A stretch of 60,000 bases of DNA, taken from assembly GCF_037042905.1 (NCBI RefSeq), contig NC_087250.1, positions 4,032,001 to 4,092,000 on the forward strand. Direction: 5' to 3'. Below the pieces are notes generated by a model. That model was not told the DNA's origin. It was given only the letters and a program-made list of their open reading frames with translations, and ran no database searches. Positions 38,301-47,880 of the stretch are shown here, piece after piece; position 1 is the first letter of the stretch, and every line of letters begins with the position of its first letter. The position numbers were made by a program, and so were the translations under genes. The DNA comes from Lytechinus pictus (Eukaryota).

Positions 38301-39456
38301 CCACACCCACCCTGACACACTCGATTACTCACATACAGTCTCACGCCACTCCATCTTTCCTGATTGTCACCTGAAATCATTCAAGCACACGCATTCACAC
38401 CTACATACACACCCTTCCCGACCCTCACCCCCACACACACACCCTTCATATTTAATTTTATATAACGGGGCCTAACCATCATGATTTCTTTTATCAGATT
38501 ATCAAAACCACGACTTCCATAATGGTGGCTCAGTAGTAGAGCACCCACCCCAGGAGTCATACCAAAGACTTTAAAACTGGGACCATCTGTCTTTTTGTCA
38601 GGCGTTCGACGGAATGAAGAAGAATAATAAGTATCATGTTATGCAGGGTTTGCTAGAAGAACAGCTTACAGCTGGCATGGCTGAGCGTGACAACCTTGGG
38701 AGTTGGGTAAATAAGAGTTGTTATTATTATGAATGTTACAATAGCTACCCTTCGACAGGTATCCAATAGTATGAAGAAAAAAAATCTTCCTATCTATCAG
38801 AAATAATATTAGAAATTGAATTTGGAATTACAATTTTTTTTACAATCACAATATTCGTCTAAAATATTGCCCTTTCTTTAGATATACATGTATCCATTTT
38901 AGCCCGAAGGCCATCATTAGCTGAAATCGGAGGGAAAATAAAAATTCATCAACAAAAAGTAAATTTTCCAACCAAAGTTGAAAAAACAAATCACAAACTC
39001 ATTAAAATATGAAAATCCCCTTTGTCATAATACTTTTCATGAGACCCAATTTAAACTATACACTACAAAATTCACAAAATCCTGCAAATCTGGTGGCATG
39101 AGTCTTCATGGATACAAATCTACCTCTTAAAAACATTAATTTTAATGAACCATATGTTGATTTTCTTCTGTTTATTTTCCTCTATTAAAATCATTGCATT
39201 TGATTGGCTCAGAGCAAGTTGATTTGTCAGTGAAACTTATTGCAAATGTTCATTAGCCCCCTCCCCGATCTGCAGTTTGAACCCGGGAGTTTGAAGACCC
39301 GTTTGAAGACCCGGTCATTAATCTATACCAATAGATAGTCGTCGATTTTTTTTAAAATTGTTAATCTAAATTTTATTGAGTTACAGTCCTGATATATCTA
39401 ACTTACCACTTAATAGTCCTCGACATAGCTTGTCTCTTCCCCGGTTTATCCCCCAT
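705..39456 (-). CDS. RFX4: RFX4-like regulatory factor X transcription factor (multi-exon; 3' end beyond left edge, 5' end uncertain)
   Basis: Exons in transcript order: 39407-39456(+?), 37741-37864, 30949-31010, 29114-29191, 26056-26194, 21329-21520, 20352-20502, 1319-1377, 705-852. All introns are GT-AG and phase-compatible. Joined DBD reads [93 protein letters not shown] is RFX4/6-type; IPRSALY and IIRQQFP favour RFX4. Confidence 0.93.
1319..1377 (-). CDS. RFX4: RFX4-like 59-nt exon
   Basis: (E)[19 protein letters not shown] matches the RFX RxTSLNHLAQ motif; phase 1 to 0. Confidence 0.85.
1981..2140. mobile_element. hAT-like MITE
   Basis: TIR CAGGGGCGGATC / GATCCGCCACTG; perfect 8-bp TSD CCCTCATC at 1973-1980 and 2141-2148. 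Related partial copies lie at about 12760-13050. Confidence 0.85.
2239..2845. mobile_element. TTAA-targeting MITE with AGG termini (T2/Kolobok-like)
   Basis: TTAA-AGGGATACTCCGGGCTGAA ... TTCAGCCTGGCGTACCCCT-TTAA; an inverted relative lies at 37137-37721. Confidence 0.8.
2860..5045. mobile_element. 2.2-kb non-autonomous hAT-like DNA transposon
   Basis: TIR CATGGGCGGAAATC / GATTTCCGCCCATG; perfect 8-bp TSD GGTATGGA; many internal GCTCGCGCTTCGCGCTCGCATT-like repeats. Confidence 0.85.
5203..5269 (+). CDS. nested gene exon 1, signal peptide
   Basis: [23 protein letters not shown]|gtgagt; an in-frame upstream ATG also exists at 5140. Confidence 0.78.
5203..17154 (+). CDS. Nested antisense gene encoding a 515-aa secreted EGF / F5/8 type C (discoidin)-like protein
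   Basis: Exons 5203-5269, 8769-8924, 10211-10348, 12411-12751, 13470-13596, 14939-15133, 16631-17154. All introns are GT-AG with phases 1,1,1,0,1,1. Total 1548 nt, one open frame ending TAA. Confidence 0.8.
5290..7371. mobile_element. 2.1-kb foldback (long-TIR) non-autonomous DNA transposon, Academ-like
   Basis: Ends TAGTCCAGGATAG / CTATCCTTGACTA; arms complementary over several hundred bp; flanked by ATA on both sides. Class inferred from TAG termini and a 3-bp TSD. Confidence 0.8.
7390..7894. mobile_element. TTAA-targeting MITE (T2/Kolobok-like)
   Basis: TTAA-AGGTCAAATTCACC ... GGTGGACTTGTCCT-TTAA; the same right end occurs at window positions 1-80. Confidence 0.8.
8769..8924 (+). CDS. 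nested gene exon 2 (basic spacer)
   Basis: [52 protein letters not shown]; symmetric phase 1-1. Confidence 0.65.
10211..10348 (+). CDS. nested gene exon 3, EGF-like domain
   Basis: [46 protein letters not shown]; ccccag acceptor, gtaagt donor; phase 1-1 as is typical of EGF exons. Confidence 0.88.
   Translation: MSNGIPALVLRPRRNVDCMGSARMGPLAVMIASANVITKVHTVLQ
10385..11200. repeat. degenerate ~11-bp minisatellite (CACAGTGTGTT)n
   Basis: Tandem CACAGTGTGTT / CATAGTGTGCT variants directly after the EGF exon. Confidence 0.9.
12088..12389. repeat. ~300-bp imperfect palindrome (MITE-like)
   Basis: TTTTCGCATTTAC...GGACCGGGACGGCA mirrored by TGCCGTCCCGGTCC...GTAAATGCGAAAA. Confidence 0.85.
12411..12751 (+). 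CDS. nested gene exon 4, F5/8 type C domain N-terminal part
   Basis: [15 protein letters not shown]...[14 protein letters not shown]...FRLSLS...TNKTK; ttttctag acceptor. Confidence 0.82.
13470..13596 (+). CDS. nested gene exon 5, F5/8 type C domain C-terminal part
   Basis: [42 protein letters not shown] resembles the PxxARYIRI...LRVELYGC end of discoidin domains. Confidence 0.82.
14230..14395. repeat. short G-rich tandem repeat, about 44-bp unit, 3-4 copies
   Basis: GGTGGAACTAAAGTGGTATGAGGGG repeated. Confidence 0.8.
14660..14890. mobile_element. CACT...AGTG MITE (relative at about 8063-8280)
   Basis: TACACTGTAAAAAA ... TTTTTAGAGTGT; shared internal CCCAATATTGGGTAAA and CATGCATG motifs. 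Confidence 0.65.
14939..15133 (+). CDS. nested gene exon 6
   Basis: [65 protein letters not shown]; gtaagc donor; phase 1-1. Confidence 0.75.
15280..16082. mobile_element. two head-to-tail copies of a ~400-bp GAG-terminated MITE
   Basis: Copies at 15280-15693 and 15701-16082, each with TTGCAAAAGGGGTTAGGTCC / GGACCTAACCCCTTTTG inverted ends. Confidence 0.75.
16631..17154 (+). CDS. nested gene exon 7 (terminal), ending in a Gly/Asp-rich tail
   Basis: tttactttcag acceptor; [14 protein letters not shown]... continues into ORF 16654-17154. Confidence 0.7.
18330..18530 (+). mobile_element. 5'-truncated SINE with a Meta-SINE-like central domain
   Basis: GTCAGACCAAAAGACGTTAAAAGATGGGAGCTGCTGCTACCC core; a related copy with a tRNA A-box head lies at 38524-38730. 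Confidence 0.6.
19560..19922. mobile_element. foldback element of inverted TTCCGAAGGTTCG arrays
   Basis: Left array TTCCGAAGGTTCG, right array CGAACCTTCGGAA; 9-bp flanking direct repeat AGTTCTAAC (19551-19559, 19923-19931). Confidence 0.8.
20352..20502 (-). CDS. RFX4: RFX4-like exon (domain C)
   Basis: [50 protein letters not shown]; phase 0 to 1. Confidence 0.92.
21329..21520 (-). CDS. RFX4: RFX4-like exon (domain B)
   Basis: [64 protein letters not shown]; phase 0 to 0. Confidence 0.95.
21975..25927. repeat. 44-bp G/T-rich minisatellite (about 80 units) in an RFX4 intron
   Basis: Unit GGGTGTGATRTATGTGGGTGTGTCGGGGTTGTGTTTGTTTGTGA; interrupted at 25087-25551. Confidence 0.97.
25087..25551. 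mobile_element. hAT-like MITE inserted in the minisatellite
   Basis: TIR CACTAGCGTACCTA / TAGGTACGCCACTG; 8-bp TSD GTGTGACG. Confidence 0.85.
26056..26194 (-). CDS. RFX4: RFX4-like linker exon
   Basis: (G)[46 protein letters not shown] resembles the RFX4 KLGTLLPEFP region. The upstream tttag acceptor gives the required phase 2. Confidence 0.8.
26662..26700 (-). ncRNA. candidate minimal type I hammerhead ribozyme motif (Penelope-type)
   Basis: Minus strand UCC-CUGAAGA-A-GACGU-guguuua-ACGUC-GAA-AAUU-U-GGA; lies between 30-bp inverted repeats at 26603-26635 and 26746-26778. Confidence 0.45.
27504..27686. mobile_element. MITE with CAGGGG termini
   Basis: CAGGGGTCGCGGAACGG ... CCGTTCCGTGGCTCCTG; no clean TSD. 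Confidence 0.65.
29114..29191 (-). CDS. RFX4: RFX4-like DBD exon 3
   Basis: (K)[25 protein letters not shown]; phase 2 to 2; gtaagt donor. Confidence 0.9.
29341..29924. mobile_element. TTAA-targeting palindromic MITE (T2/Kolobok-like)
   Basis: TTAA-AGGAGAATGAAAC ... GTTTCATTCTCCT-TTAA; long internal inverted repeats. Confidence 0.85.
30949..31010 (-). CDS. RFX4: RFX4-like DBD exon 2
   Basis: [20 protein letters not shown](K); tttttcag acceptor, gtaagt donor. Confidence 0.96.
31291..36799. mobile_element. 5.5-kb non-autonomous piggyBac-like element
   Basis: TTAA-CCCTTTGCGTGCG ... CGCACGCAAAGGG-TTAA; no transposase-length ORF; large internal direct duplication. Confidence 0.85.
37137..37721. 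mobile_element. T2/Kolobok-like MITE, same family as 2239-2845 but inverted
   Basis: AGGGATACTC...TTCAGCCCGGCGTATCCCT-TTAA. Confidence 0.75.
37741..37864 (-). CDS. RFX4: RFX4-like DBD exon 1
   Basis: (W)[41 protein letters not shown]; phase 2 to 0. Confidence 0.95.
38524..38730 (+). mobile_element. tRNA-derived SINE (Meta-like core)
   Basis: GGTGGCTCAGTAGTAGAGCA A-box head, GTCATACCAAAGACTTTAAAA core, (TTA)n tail. Confidence 0.6.
39407..39456 (-). CDS. RFX4: RFX4-like 5'-most identified coding exon (frame open back to 39582)
   Basis: [16 protein letters not shown](W) ends TG|gtaagt, completing the conserved DBD Trp; start codon uncertain. Confidence 0.65.
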
Positions 39457-40718
39457 CTCTACGTACGATTTTAATGATATCGGGCTGATACTTAAATCTA
39501 ATGGATTAGGTGACCAGTATATAACATCTCCAGCTCGTTGGTGAATAGTATTAATATCGCCCGCGGAATGAGGGCCATTCTTCTACTTTATTGGCGGAGT
39601 ACTATTGTTGAGTTGAAGTGTGTAAATAGATTTGCCGCGTTATTGACATGATTGATAAAAGGAAATATACACATTAATTCCTTGCCAATTGTACAGGCGT
39701 AGAACTCCACCCCCTTCATTGGAATATGTGCATATGATGAAATTTTCCTCCTATCCTAGGGTGTGTTTTCATGGTTCTTTTATTTTGTGCCCTCTGCTAA
39801 CTTTCAGTTATTGCTTCCTTTGTATATTTCCATTTATTTGTCATTATAAACCTGGATAAAGAGTACTAACACAAATAAAATGTCATTCAAATAAATTACT
39901 TGCGGTGCATACAGGCCAGCCCCTCCCTGAAATATTGGGGGATATCCCCCCGCCTCCCGTGACCGACACCCATGTAAGCTAGCACTGGTTTTCATTGATG
40001 ATTCATTCCATGTTGGAGTGGGGTTTTTTTCATAATAGATAGCCAGGCCACCAAATTATCTGCGCCTTCGCGATTACCGGTGAAAACACGTCCACAATCA
40101 TAACTATACTGGACAAAAATCACCTCCCCCCTTTCCCTCTCTCTTCGTCTGCCTGTCACCCACACATACTTCCTTCTCTGCCCGCACCCGTCCTCTTCCT
40201 CCGTTTCTCTTCCGTTGTTTCTTCTCTCAAGCTTCTACATACCAACGTACGCTACAACTGTTTCTCTCTTTATCTCTCTCTCCCCCTCTCTCTACCTCCC
40301 TCTATACTTGTTCCATCTCCCTCACCCCGTCTCTCTCTAATGATATCAGTTATTGATACAATCGTGTTTCCCTTAACTGATTTTCGAACGTTTATTCAAA
40401 AGAATCACCGATGCAGCCCCACACTCCTAATAAGCTGCAATTAGACATTTTTCTGCATTATTCCATTCACATTTGTGTATTATGAGTGAACATATCAATG
40501 ACTTTGTGAGAAATGAAAGGGGACGAATTCAGTATTGAACATTACAGTGGCACCATATCACTAGCTGACACGGTTGTTTGCAGCACTTTACACGTTAACA
40601 ACAATGCAGCGTGTTTGAAGCAGATACTTGAATCGTGTGCTCTGTGTGAAACCTTCGCAGTAGTTTCAACTGAAGCAACATGTACAATATAGGTTATTCT
40701 TTCTACTAATCAGTCAGA

Positions 40719-42539
40719 ATGGCAGACAATTTCAACAAAGAGCAGTATTGTGACGGTAGAGACTGTCGGAATATCACGGATGTATCGTACTACGTTAAGG
40801 AGAAGAAGAACCTCTGTGACGACTGCGCCTCTAAGGAAGGTTGCATTGACGAATCTAGAAAGGGCGGGCCATATCTGCATTGCGAGAAACATGGTAAACC
40901 AGTCGAACTATATTGTAAAACACACGGTGAAGCCTTGTGTGTTGTATGTGGGATGGTAGACCATCGGCAGTCATGCGTGATTGAAGGCATGGAGTTGGCA
41001 ATCACCGAGGTTAAAGCGAGGCTTACAGAGCTTAGAGGAGGGGCAAAGGACAGACTGAATACTATTCGAGCATATGTCGACGAGATTGACCAGTGCAGGA
41101 CAGACACAGATGTCCATCTAGAAGATTTGGAACATGAAGTTGATTCGACAATTAGCCAAGCGATCGAGAAAGACAAAGATAGAGAGAATGCCGAGGCTGC
41201 AAAAGTCAATCTGGAAATTGATGAGAGGAATAAGAAGCTTCAAGAGGAGATTCTGAGGATCAATGCCGAGATTCGAAAGAACAATGAAGAGAGGAAGGAA
41301 CGATGTGAAACAATTCATGTAAATGCGCAGATTAGACAAGGGCACATGGAGAGCAAGCAGACTGGACTTCATAGAGACATTAAGAACATCGTCAAAGAGA
41401 GGGAGCGGAAGATTGGAGAGCTGGACAAATCATTCCGGGATGAAACAACGAAGATAGAGGATGCGATACAGAACTTGGACAATGTACTAGAAGACGACGG
41501 AAGGATCGTCAAAGACGGTCATCGTGTGGACGTGTCAGTGACCAATGAACTTAAGAAGACTCTAAACGTGGATGAGGTCAAAGAAATAACCAGTAGCATA
41601 TCAGGGGTGAAGTTCATGAAGGGTGCAAAGGGGAAACATTATGATGGAAGGATAGGTGGCTATGATGGCACGTGGAAGATGAGGCACACAATCAAAGTCA
41701 AAGATGAAATCAAACTTCCGGTTGTTGTAGGATGCGTAGATGAACGCAATGTTATCATAACAGACGACGCATCCGGAAGCCTCCATAGGCCTACATATTC
41801 GTTAGATATATACTCCAAAGAAATCAAGAAGGCGGTGACTGGTGACGACAGTTCACGAATCTACTCTTGTTCGTTGCTGGATAATGACCGGCTGGTTTGC
41901 GGTAAATATCATAAGGGTCATAAAGGGGATAGTTTGACTGGATGCATCAGTGTATATGATAGACGATGGGCCCATATCAAAGACGTCACCATACCATGTA
42001 AGAGAACTCGTGATAACGCACAGGTGGATGTAGCTGTTGACCAGGATCGGATGATCATCGCTTCTGAGAGGGGCCAGGCTAAGATATACGTCATTAGCCC
42101 AGCAAATGGCAAGCTCTCGAAGACTGTAAAATGTAGAAAGGATGCAGTGATGCTTGGTGTATTATCTTCATCAGGTCACATCGTCTCTCGTCCTTATCAT
42201 CTAGATAATCTAATCTTCATCACTAACAGACAGGGTGGTCATGTAGACATTCCCAACCATGCGCACAGCCACGTCATTGTGGAAGCTTGCATCGATCCTC
42301 TAACAGACGCCCTCTACGTTGTAACACCAGATAGTCCAGAGTGCAAGGCATGCGTGATTGATGAAGTGACAAGTGTGGGTGAAATGACCAAAAGGGTGAT
42401 GTCATTTCCTCTATCAACCAGACTGGCGAATAGATGGGATCACGCGATAGCTTCCCGCGTAATAATGACGTCATCCGGGAAGATAATTGCCAGCGATGGA
42501 GAAAACATCATCGTATTTGAAAGCAGATTCACCCTCTAA
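40719..42539 (+). CDS. RING-less TRIM-like protein: B-box zinc fingers, coiled coil, NHL/beta-propeller-like C-terminus (606 aa)
   Basis: Uninterrupted 606-aa ORF. Degenerate B-box1 (CDGRDC...LCDDC), B-box2 CEKHGKPVELYCKTHGEALCVVCGMVDH, a long heptad-rich helical region, then beta-rich repeats (VDVAVDQDRMIIASE, ACIDPLTDALYVV, IMTSSGKIIASD). An acceptor-like ttctactaatcag just before the ATG suggests a 5' UTR intron. Confidence 0.88.
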   Translation: MADNFNKEQYCDGRDCRNITDVSYYVKEKKNLCDDCASKEGCIDESRKGGPYLHCEKHGKPVELYCKTHGEALCVVCGMVDHRQSCVIEGMELAITEVKARLTELRGGAKDRLNTIRAYVDEIDQCRTDTDVHLEDLEHEVDSTISQAIEKDKDRENAEAAKVNLEIDERNKKLQEEILRINAEIRKNNEERKERCETIHVNAQIRQGHMESKQTGLHRDIKNIVKERERKIGELDKSFRDETTKIEDAIQNLDNVLEDDGRIVKDGHRVDVSVTNELKKTLNVDEVKEITSSISGVKFMKGAKGKHYDGRIGGYDGTWKMRHTIKVKDEIKLPVVVGCVDERNVIITDDASGSLHRPTYSLDIYSKEIKKAVTGDDSSRIYSCSLLDNDRLVCGKYHKGHKGDSLTGCISVYDRRWAHIKDVTIPCKRTRDNAQVDVAVDQDRMIIASERGQAKIYVISPANGKLSKTVKCRKDAVMLGVLSSSGHIVSRPYHLDNLIFITNRQGGHVDIPNHAHSHVIVEACIDPLTDALYVVTPDSPECKACVIDEVTSVGEMTKRVMSFPLSTRLANRWDHAIASRVIMTSSGKIIASDGENIIVFESRFTL

Positions 42540-42780
42540 AAGCAATGACGATTTGAAGTCGTGCTAACATATTTGCTAGCAAAAGTCCATTCACTCGAAG
42601 AAGAGTGCCAAATCCGCTCCTTTACACTTTATTAGAGAGTTGAAAAATTGGTGCTTAAAGTTCGTTGTTTACCTTTTTTGTGTTAGTGTTGAGCTGATAT
42701 TTACATCAGCACAGCACCATAGAGGATGAGACTGGTGTATTTGGGACCTATCTCACAAGATGTTCAGACATCAATAAGTA

Positions 42781-43022
42781 CACTGCAAAACCTCCGGTGT
42801 TGATTTAACACCAGCTCGGAAACTATATATGCCCACACCAGAGAAGTTTTGAAACAACAGCAGTTTGGAATCAAACCGATGCTGTTTTGATACTAATTGG
42901 TGTTGTATAAACATCTATCTGGTGTTCGACCAAAACGAAACTGGTGTTGTTCAACACTTCTCTGGTGTGGACATATATAGATTCCGGGCTGGTGTTAAAT
43001 CAACACCAGAATTTTTGCAGTG
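42781..43022. mobile_element. palindromic TA-flanked MITE (relatives at about 20570-20894, 27883-28097, 44212-46590)
   Basis: TA-CACTGCAAAA...GGTGTTGATTTAACACCAGC ... GCTGGTGTTAAATCAACACC...TTTTGCAGTG-TA. Confidence 0.85.
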
Positions 43023-44112
43023 TAATGTCATGACAATATTTCGTTTTAAATTGAAATGAGGTCTTGACGTGGCTAGGAAAGATAAATTGACTTACGCTTC
43101 TATTAGTTCATACACCAAACCAGCACGGTAACGGAACTTGAATTCACTCTGGGATTATTATTATTATTATTATTACAACTCGCATAAAGTGGGGAAGGAT
43201 CTAGGGGAGAGGGGTGATCTGCGAAGGAGGGGAAGCAGGTGCAAGGATCGATTGATGTTTGATTTCGGGCTTTTAAGAAGCACCCCCTCCTGAGGGTGCT
43301 AGAAGGGCATTGCTCTTATCCTGCATGTGAAATAATTTATGTTAAAAAATTTTGAAGGGAAATCACGGAAGTGGTTTATCGTACACCATGCGGTGAGTTC
43401 TGGGACTAAGGGAAAATAATAGAAGTAGAAGCGAAACGGCAATAAGACCATCTAAAGACCTGAAACAAACCTTCCAGAAAAAAAATAATGTAGGACCTTG
43501 AAGACAACTTAGATTTTAGTCAGAGACTGATAGACTACCAAAGGCCTTTGACAAATCAATGTGATCTTTCAAAGACTGACATGGATCACTGAAAAAGACT
43601 GACCAAGACCAGAAAGAACTGTGGAAGACTGGCTTGTACTTCTTTTGCAGTCATCTTCCAACGGATTTTCAACAGCCTTTAACAGATATTTTATACAACA
43701 AAATCATTCTAAAAAAACCAATGCCTTTGATTAGTCTTTCGATGATCCTTTCATGATCTCCCAGCATTCTTTCCGTGATCTCCGCAAATATTTTTTTTCA
43801 TAGATTGCTGAACGATCGTAGAACGGCTAAGATCTTTGAAAGTTCATGGAGAGACTACTGAAAGACAACTGACTAAAAGAATAATTGACTCGGACAGGGA
43901 TAGTGGCAGCCCTGTGAAGATGAAATAAGCTTCATTAATTGACTTTCAGCAATCTTGATATCCGTTGAATTAGGGATTCAATTAAAAAGAGTTTTGGGTC
44001 TGTAAATCTGTACCAATATTAGTCAACAGAAAGTAGAATTATATCACTATTCATGCAGGTCGTATTGTCCACCCCCTCCCACATATGATGGTGTCGCCGA
44101 GAAGGTCATAAT

Positions 44113-46768
44113 CAAGGGCGGAAATATCTCCCCAAAGGTAGGGGGACCAGAGGGCTGGAAAATTTGCCAAGCAAAAAAAAAAGAAAGAAAGAAAAAGAAA
44201 GGTTCAAAAGGTGCAAAAACAACGGTGTTGATTTAACACCAGTCCGGAATCTATATATGTCCATACCAGAGAAGTGAATAAACAACACCGGTTTGGTTTT
44301 GGTCCAACACCATATAGGTGTTTATACAACACCAATTAGAATTAAAACAGCATCGGATTGATTCCAAACTGGTATTGTTTCAATACTTCTCTGGTGTGGA
44401 CATATGGGCATTTTTTCACCACAGATGGACACAGAGGCAAAAAAATCAAGTTGATATTCATGTCAAATGCTTTATGTTTTTTAATAAAACAAGACCTGAA
44501 GTTTCTGAGACAAAATTTTTTCCGACCCTGGTTGCCATTTTCTATTTCAAAATGGCTGCCAAAGTATGGATACAAATTAGTGTTGAAAATAGTATATTGA
44601 TACATATTTCGTTTTGACAGATTTTTAAAGAACCGGTTTGATCATGATGTTTTCGCCTGTGATTTAGCTTGATATTACAACACTTTTTAAAATCCCACAG
44701 AAAGAAACACCAGTAATTCATTCTTCTGACAAAAAAACATTGATGAAGTATGTGATATGGTATGTAATGTCAGTTACCGAAAACATGAACTTTTTTTCTC
44801 ATTTCCTGGAAAAGAGGATATATTATATGAAACTTGGTAGATTTCCTCTCTAGGTAACACCCTCCCTTCTACACCAAAATTAAAGATTACCAATTAACAA
44901 TGAAGCCATAGGGTACCATTAAATATATGTAATGTCAGTTACCAAGTTGAAAATGTAATGTCAGTTACCGAGATGTAATGTCAGTTACCATGATAAAACG
45001 TTGGTTACCAATATTGAAATGCAAATATGTGGTCAATTTTATGGTGAAGAAATATTGTATACTTGTTATTTAAGTCTTTCACTTTAAAAGTCACACCAGA
45101 AGGAGCTTGCTATTCACTTTTAAAAGGTATAGTTCACAAGGAATACTATATGAAATTATGAAGGAAGCTGCAACATTTTTTAAGCTTAACATTGTGATGA
45201 AGGGGATTTCCAGGGTCCCTTTTTTTAGTTTCTAGGATTCTTTTGAGCATAAAGTAAATTCCTGGTTTTTATACCTGTTAGTAGTGTGGATGTGTGATAC
45301 AATTTTGTTTTTGGTTTACAAGTATAGATGAAAAGTGAAATTTGACAGTTCTGATCAATGTTGCATGGATCTACTAAAACTGTGGTGTTTTTTCTAATTT
45401 ACAAATAGTTCAGTTTCAGCTTAGAAGCTGGAGTTTATTTTTTGTTGACAGCTTATAAAAGAAATTAGCAAAGAAAATGATTAAACAAGTTATGAAGAGA
45501 ATTGAAATCCGACAGATATGAACAAGCATTGCTTGCACTGACCAGAATAGAAATCAATAAAACTACATGGCTGCATGAGATTCGGGGGAGGGGTACATGT
45601 AGCCTAGTGGAGGAGACCCTTATTCATTTTGCCGTTTTTGAGGGGAGGGGGAGGTTGGAGAAGGAAAAGGTTTAAAAAGTCAATATAAAACTGATGAATA
45701 TATTATGGGTGCATAGTCAGAAAAATCCATGTGTACAGTCAATGCAATATTAAATTACTATAAGAAAACATGTACCTGCTATGACCCCCCCCCCCGAGTA
45801 AGTAAAACATACATTTCTTATTTTTTTATAATAAAAAATTTGAAGTATTATGATTTTAAAAAGCCTTACATATAAGTACCAAGAAAATTATGCCTTTGAA
45901 AATCATATAGCACTGGTAATTGTTAATGTGTATTGTCAGTTACCGACAAGTAATTATAAAAATGTTCAAATCAAAGAAAGGAATTAAGAAAAAGAAAAAG
46001 TTTTTTCATTAAAATGTTCCTAGAAACTCGGGTATACTTCCACATCAAGCTCACTTTCATGTGAAGCCCTGCACGGAAGATACAATGCAATGATTCCACA
46101 CATTTGACTTCCATGTGTTATCTCTATGGCAAATTAAGTGTAATGTCAGTTACCAGCATGGTTGTGGAAAAATTATCATAGTCCCCAAAAGACAAAAACG
46201 AATTGTTTAATATTTTGACACATCTTAACCTAGTAACGGAGGGATATTTACATATTCAAATTATTTCTTTATCTACTCAGGGCCATGAGATATTTCAATT
46301 TTAATGAACACCCTGAAATTGCATGTCCTTTTGCATAATGTCAGTTACCGACACATTTTTGCTTGCTGATGCGTTAAAAAATGTGGTTACATAGGAAAAC
46401 TTAGTATCAGAGTATACAGCAAGGTTCACTTTATTAACTCTATCAAAAGCAAACTCCCATCATTTGTTGTTTTAGAGATACACACAATGAAAGGTGTGAA
46501 AACATTGTGCCGTGTAATGTCAGTTACCGTGAAAATGCCCATATATAGATTCCGGGCTGGTGTTAAATCAACACCAGAGTTTTTGCAGTGCAGAAAGTAA
46601 GGTCATCTCGTCCAAAATACATGTTTCATTTCGATTTTGAATGATGTATTTCTTTCCCTCATAAAAAACAAAAAATAGGAGGGACATTTGATATTGTGTC
46701 CCCCCTACTATTTTGGGTAGGGGGGGGGGGACGCGTTCCCCCTGTCCCCCTTAGGATTTCCGCCCATG
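44113..46768. mobile_element. hAT-like element carrying two nested insertions
   Basis: CAAGGGCGGAAAT ... ATTTCCGCCCATG; TSD GTCATAAT/ATCATAAT. Confidence 0.75.
44406..46540. mobile_element. 2.1-kb non-autonomous DNA element with a 4-bp ATAT TSD (possibly Sola-like)
   Basis: TIR GGGCATTTT / AAAATGCCC; splits the host MITE arm GGACATATATAG; about 8 copies of TAATGTCAGTTACC. Confidence 0.75.
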
Positions 46769-47364
46769 ATCATAATATATCTGCATGTTACATTTATCAA
46801 ATGTGATAAAAGTGTTGTAATATCATACATTTCCATGTCATAAATAAATACAGTTATTTAGGCTCCTTTCATTCAACTTATCTTGTATTATATTCAGGAT
46901 TATTATTTGAAAATGCACTTGTATACATTCTCAGTTTCTGCAAAGCACTAAAATGGAATTTGGAAGTTTCTATATCGTTTCAACAATTTTATAAACACGT
47001 TTCTGTAAAAGTTGAAAATCAGCTCCCCCCTCTCTCTCTCCATGAGAATAATGTTAAATGCGATAAAGATAAACCTGCATTCTATAATACTGTATGATTA
47101 TGTACACAATCATATTTATTCATTCATGATTGTCATAATAGAAATATTCAAACATACTCAAATGCATTACAATTTGGCATAAAGCTTTGCAAATCCGTAG
47201 CTCTAGCTACATTTTTACAAATAATTGCTCAGCAATAGTACACGACAAACCAGTATTTCTGATTATACTTCTCAAAATCTGTGTGAGAAACTTTCAACTA
47301 CAAATAAAGTGCCATTTTTTCTGGCTACCATGACAAATTATTAACTAGTCGTTGTTGTTCCTAT

Positions 47365-47767
47365 GGTAAATTGCCAATTTGTCTACTGCCAACTCGACCA
47401 CTCACCACATGGTCTACTTTCATTTAGTCTAATGCCATTCCATCCATCAACATTGTCTAATAACCATTTGGTCCAATAAACATTTTATCCAATCATCACT
47501 TGGTCTAATCACCATTTCGTCTATGACCATTTCGTCTCATAACCAGTTGGTCTAATATTCATGTCATTTTCATTCATTTTGTACAATTAACACTAATTCG
47601 ACCAAATGGTATAATGGCTATTGGACCAACTGGTTATTAGACGAAATGGTGAGTGGGCAAATTGGCAATTAGACCATGTGGATAGTGGGCGAACTGATGG
47701 TAGACTGAATGATAGTAGACAAGCTGGCAATTGGACGAATTGGCAGTAGACCAATTGGAAGTTAACT
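47365..47767. mobile_element. foldback element with inverted short-repeat arrays
   Basis: GGTAAATTGCCAATT ... AATTGGAAGTTAACT; 8-bp TSD GTTCCTAT. Confidence 0.75.
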
Positions 47768-47880
47768 GTTCCTATGTATTGTGTATATTATCTGTTTCTT
47801 TTCCTGAAATCACATGAGTCAATAACTCAATTAAAAATTGATAAAATGTATGCGTCATCCACCTTCACATAGTATACAAA

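Noticed and set aside
40710..42474. Several minus-strand ORFs overlapping the 606-aa gene
   Set aside because: Antisense shadows of a real coding sequence with no recognisable motifs.
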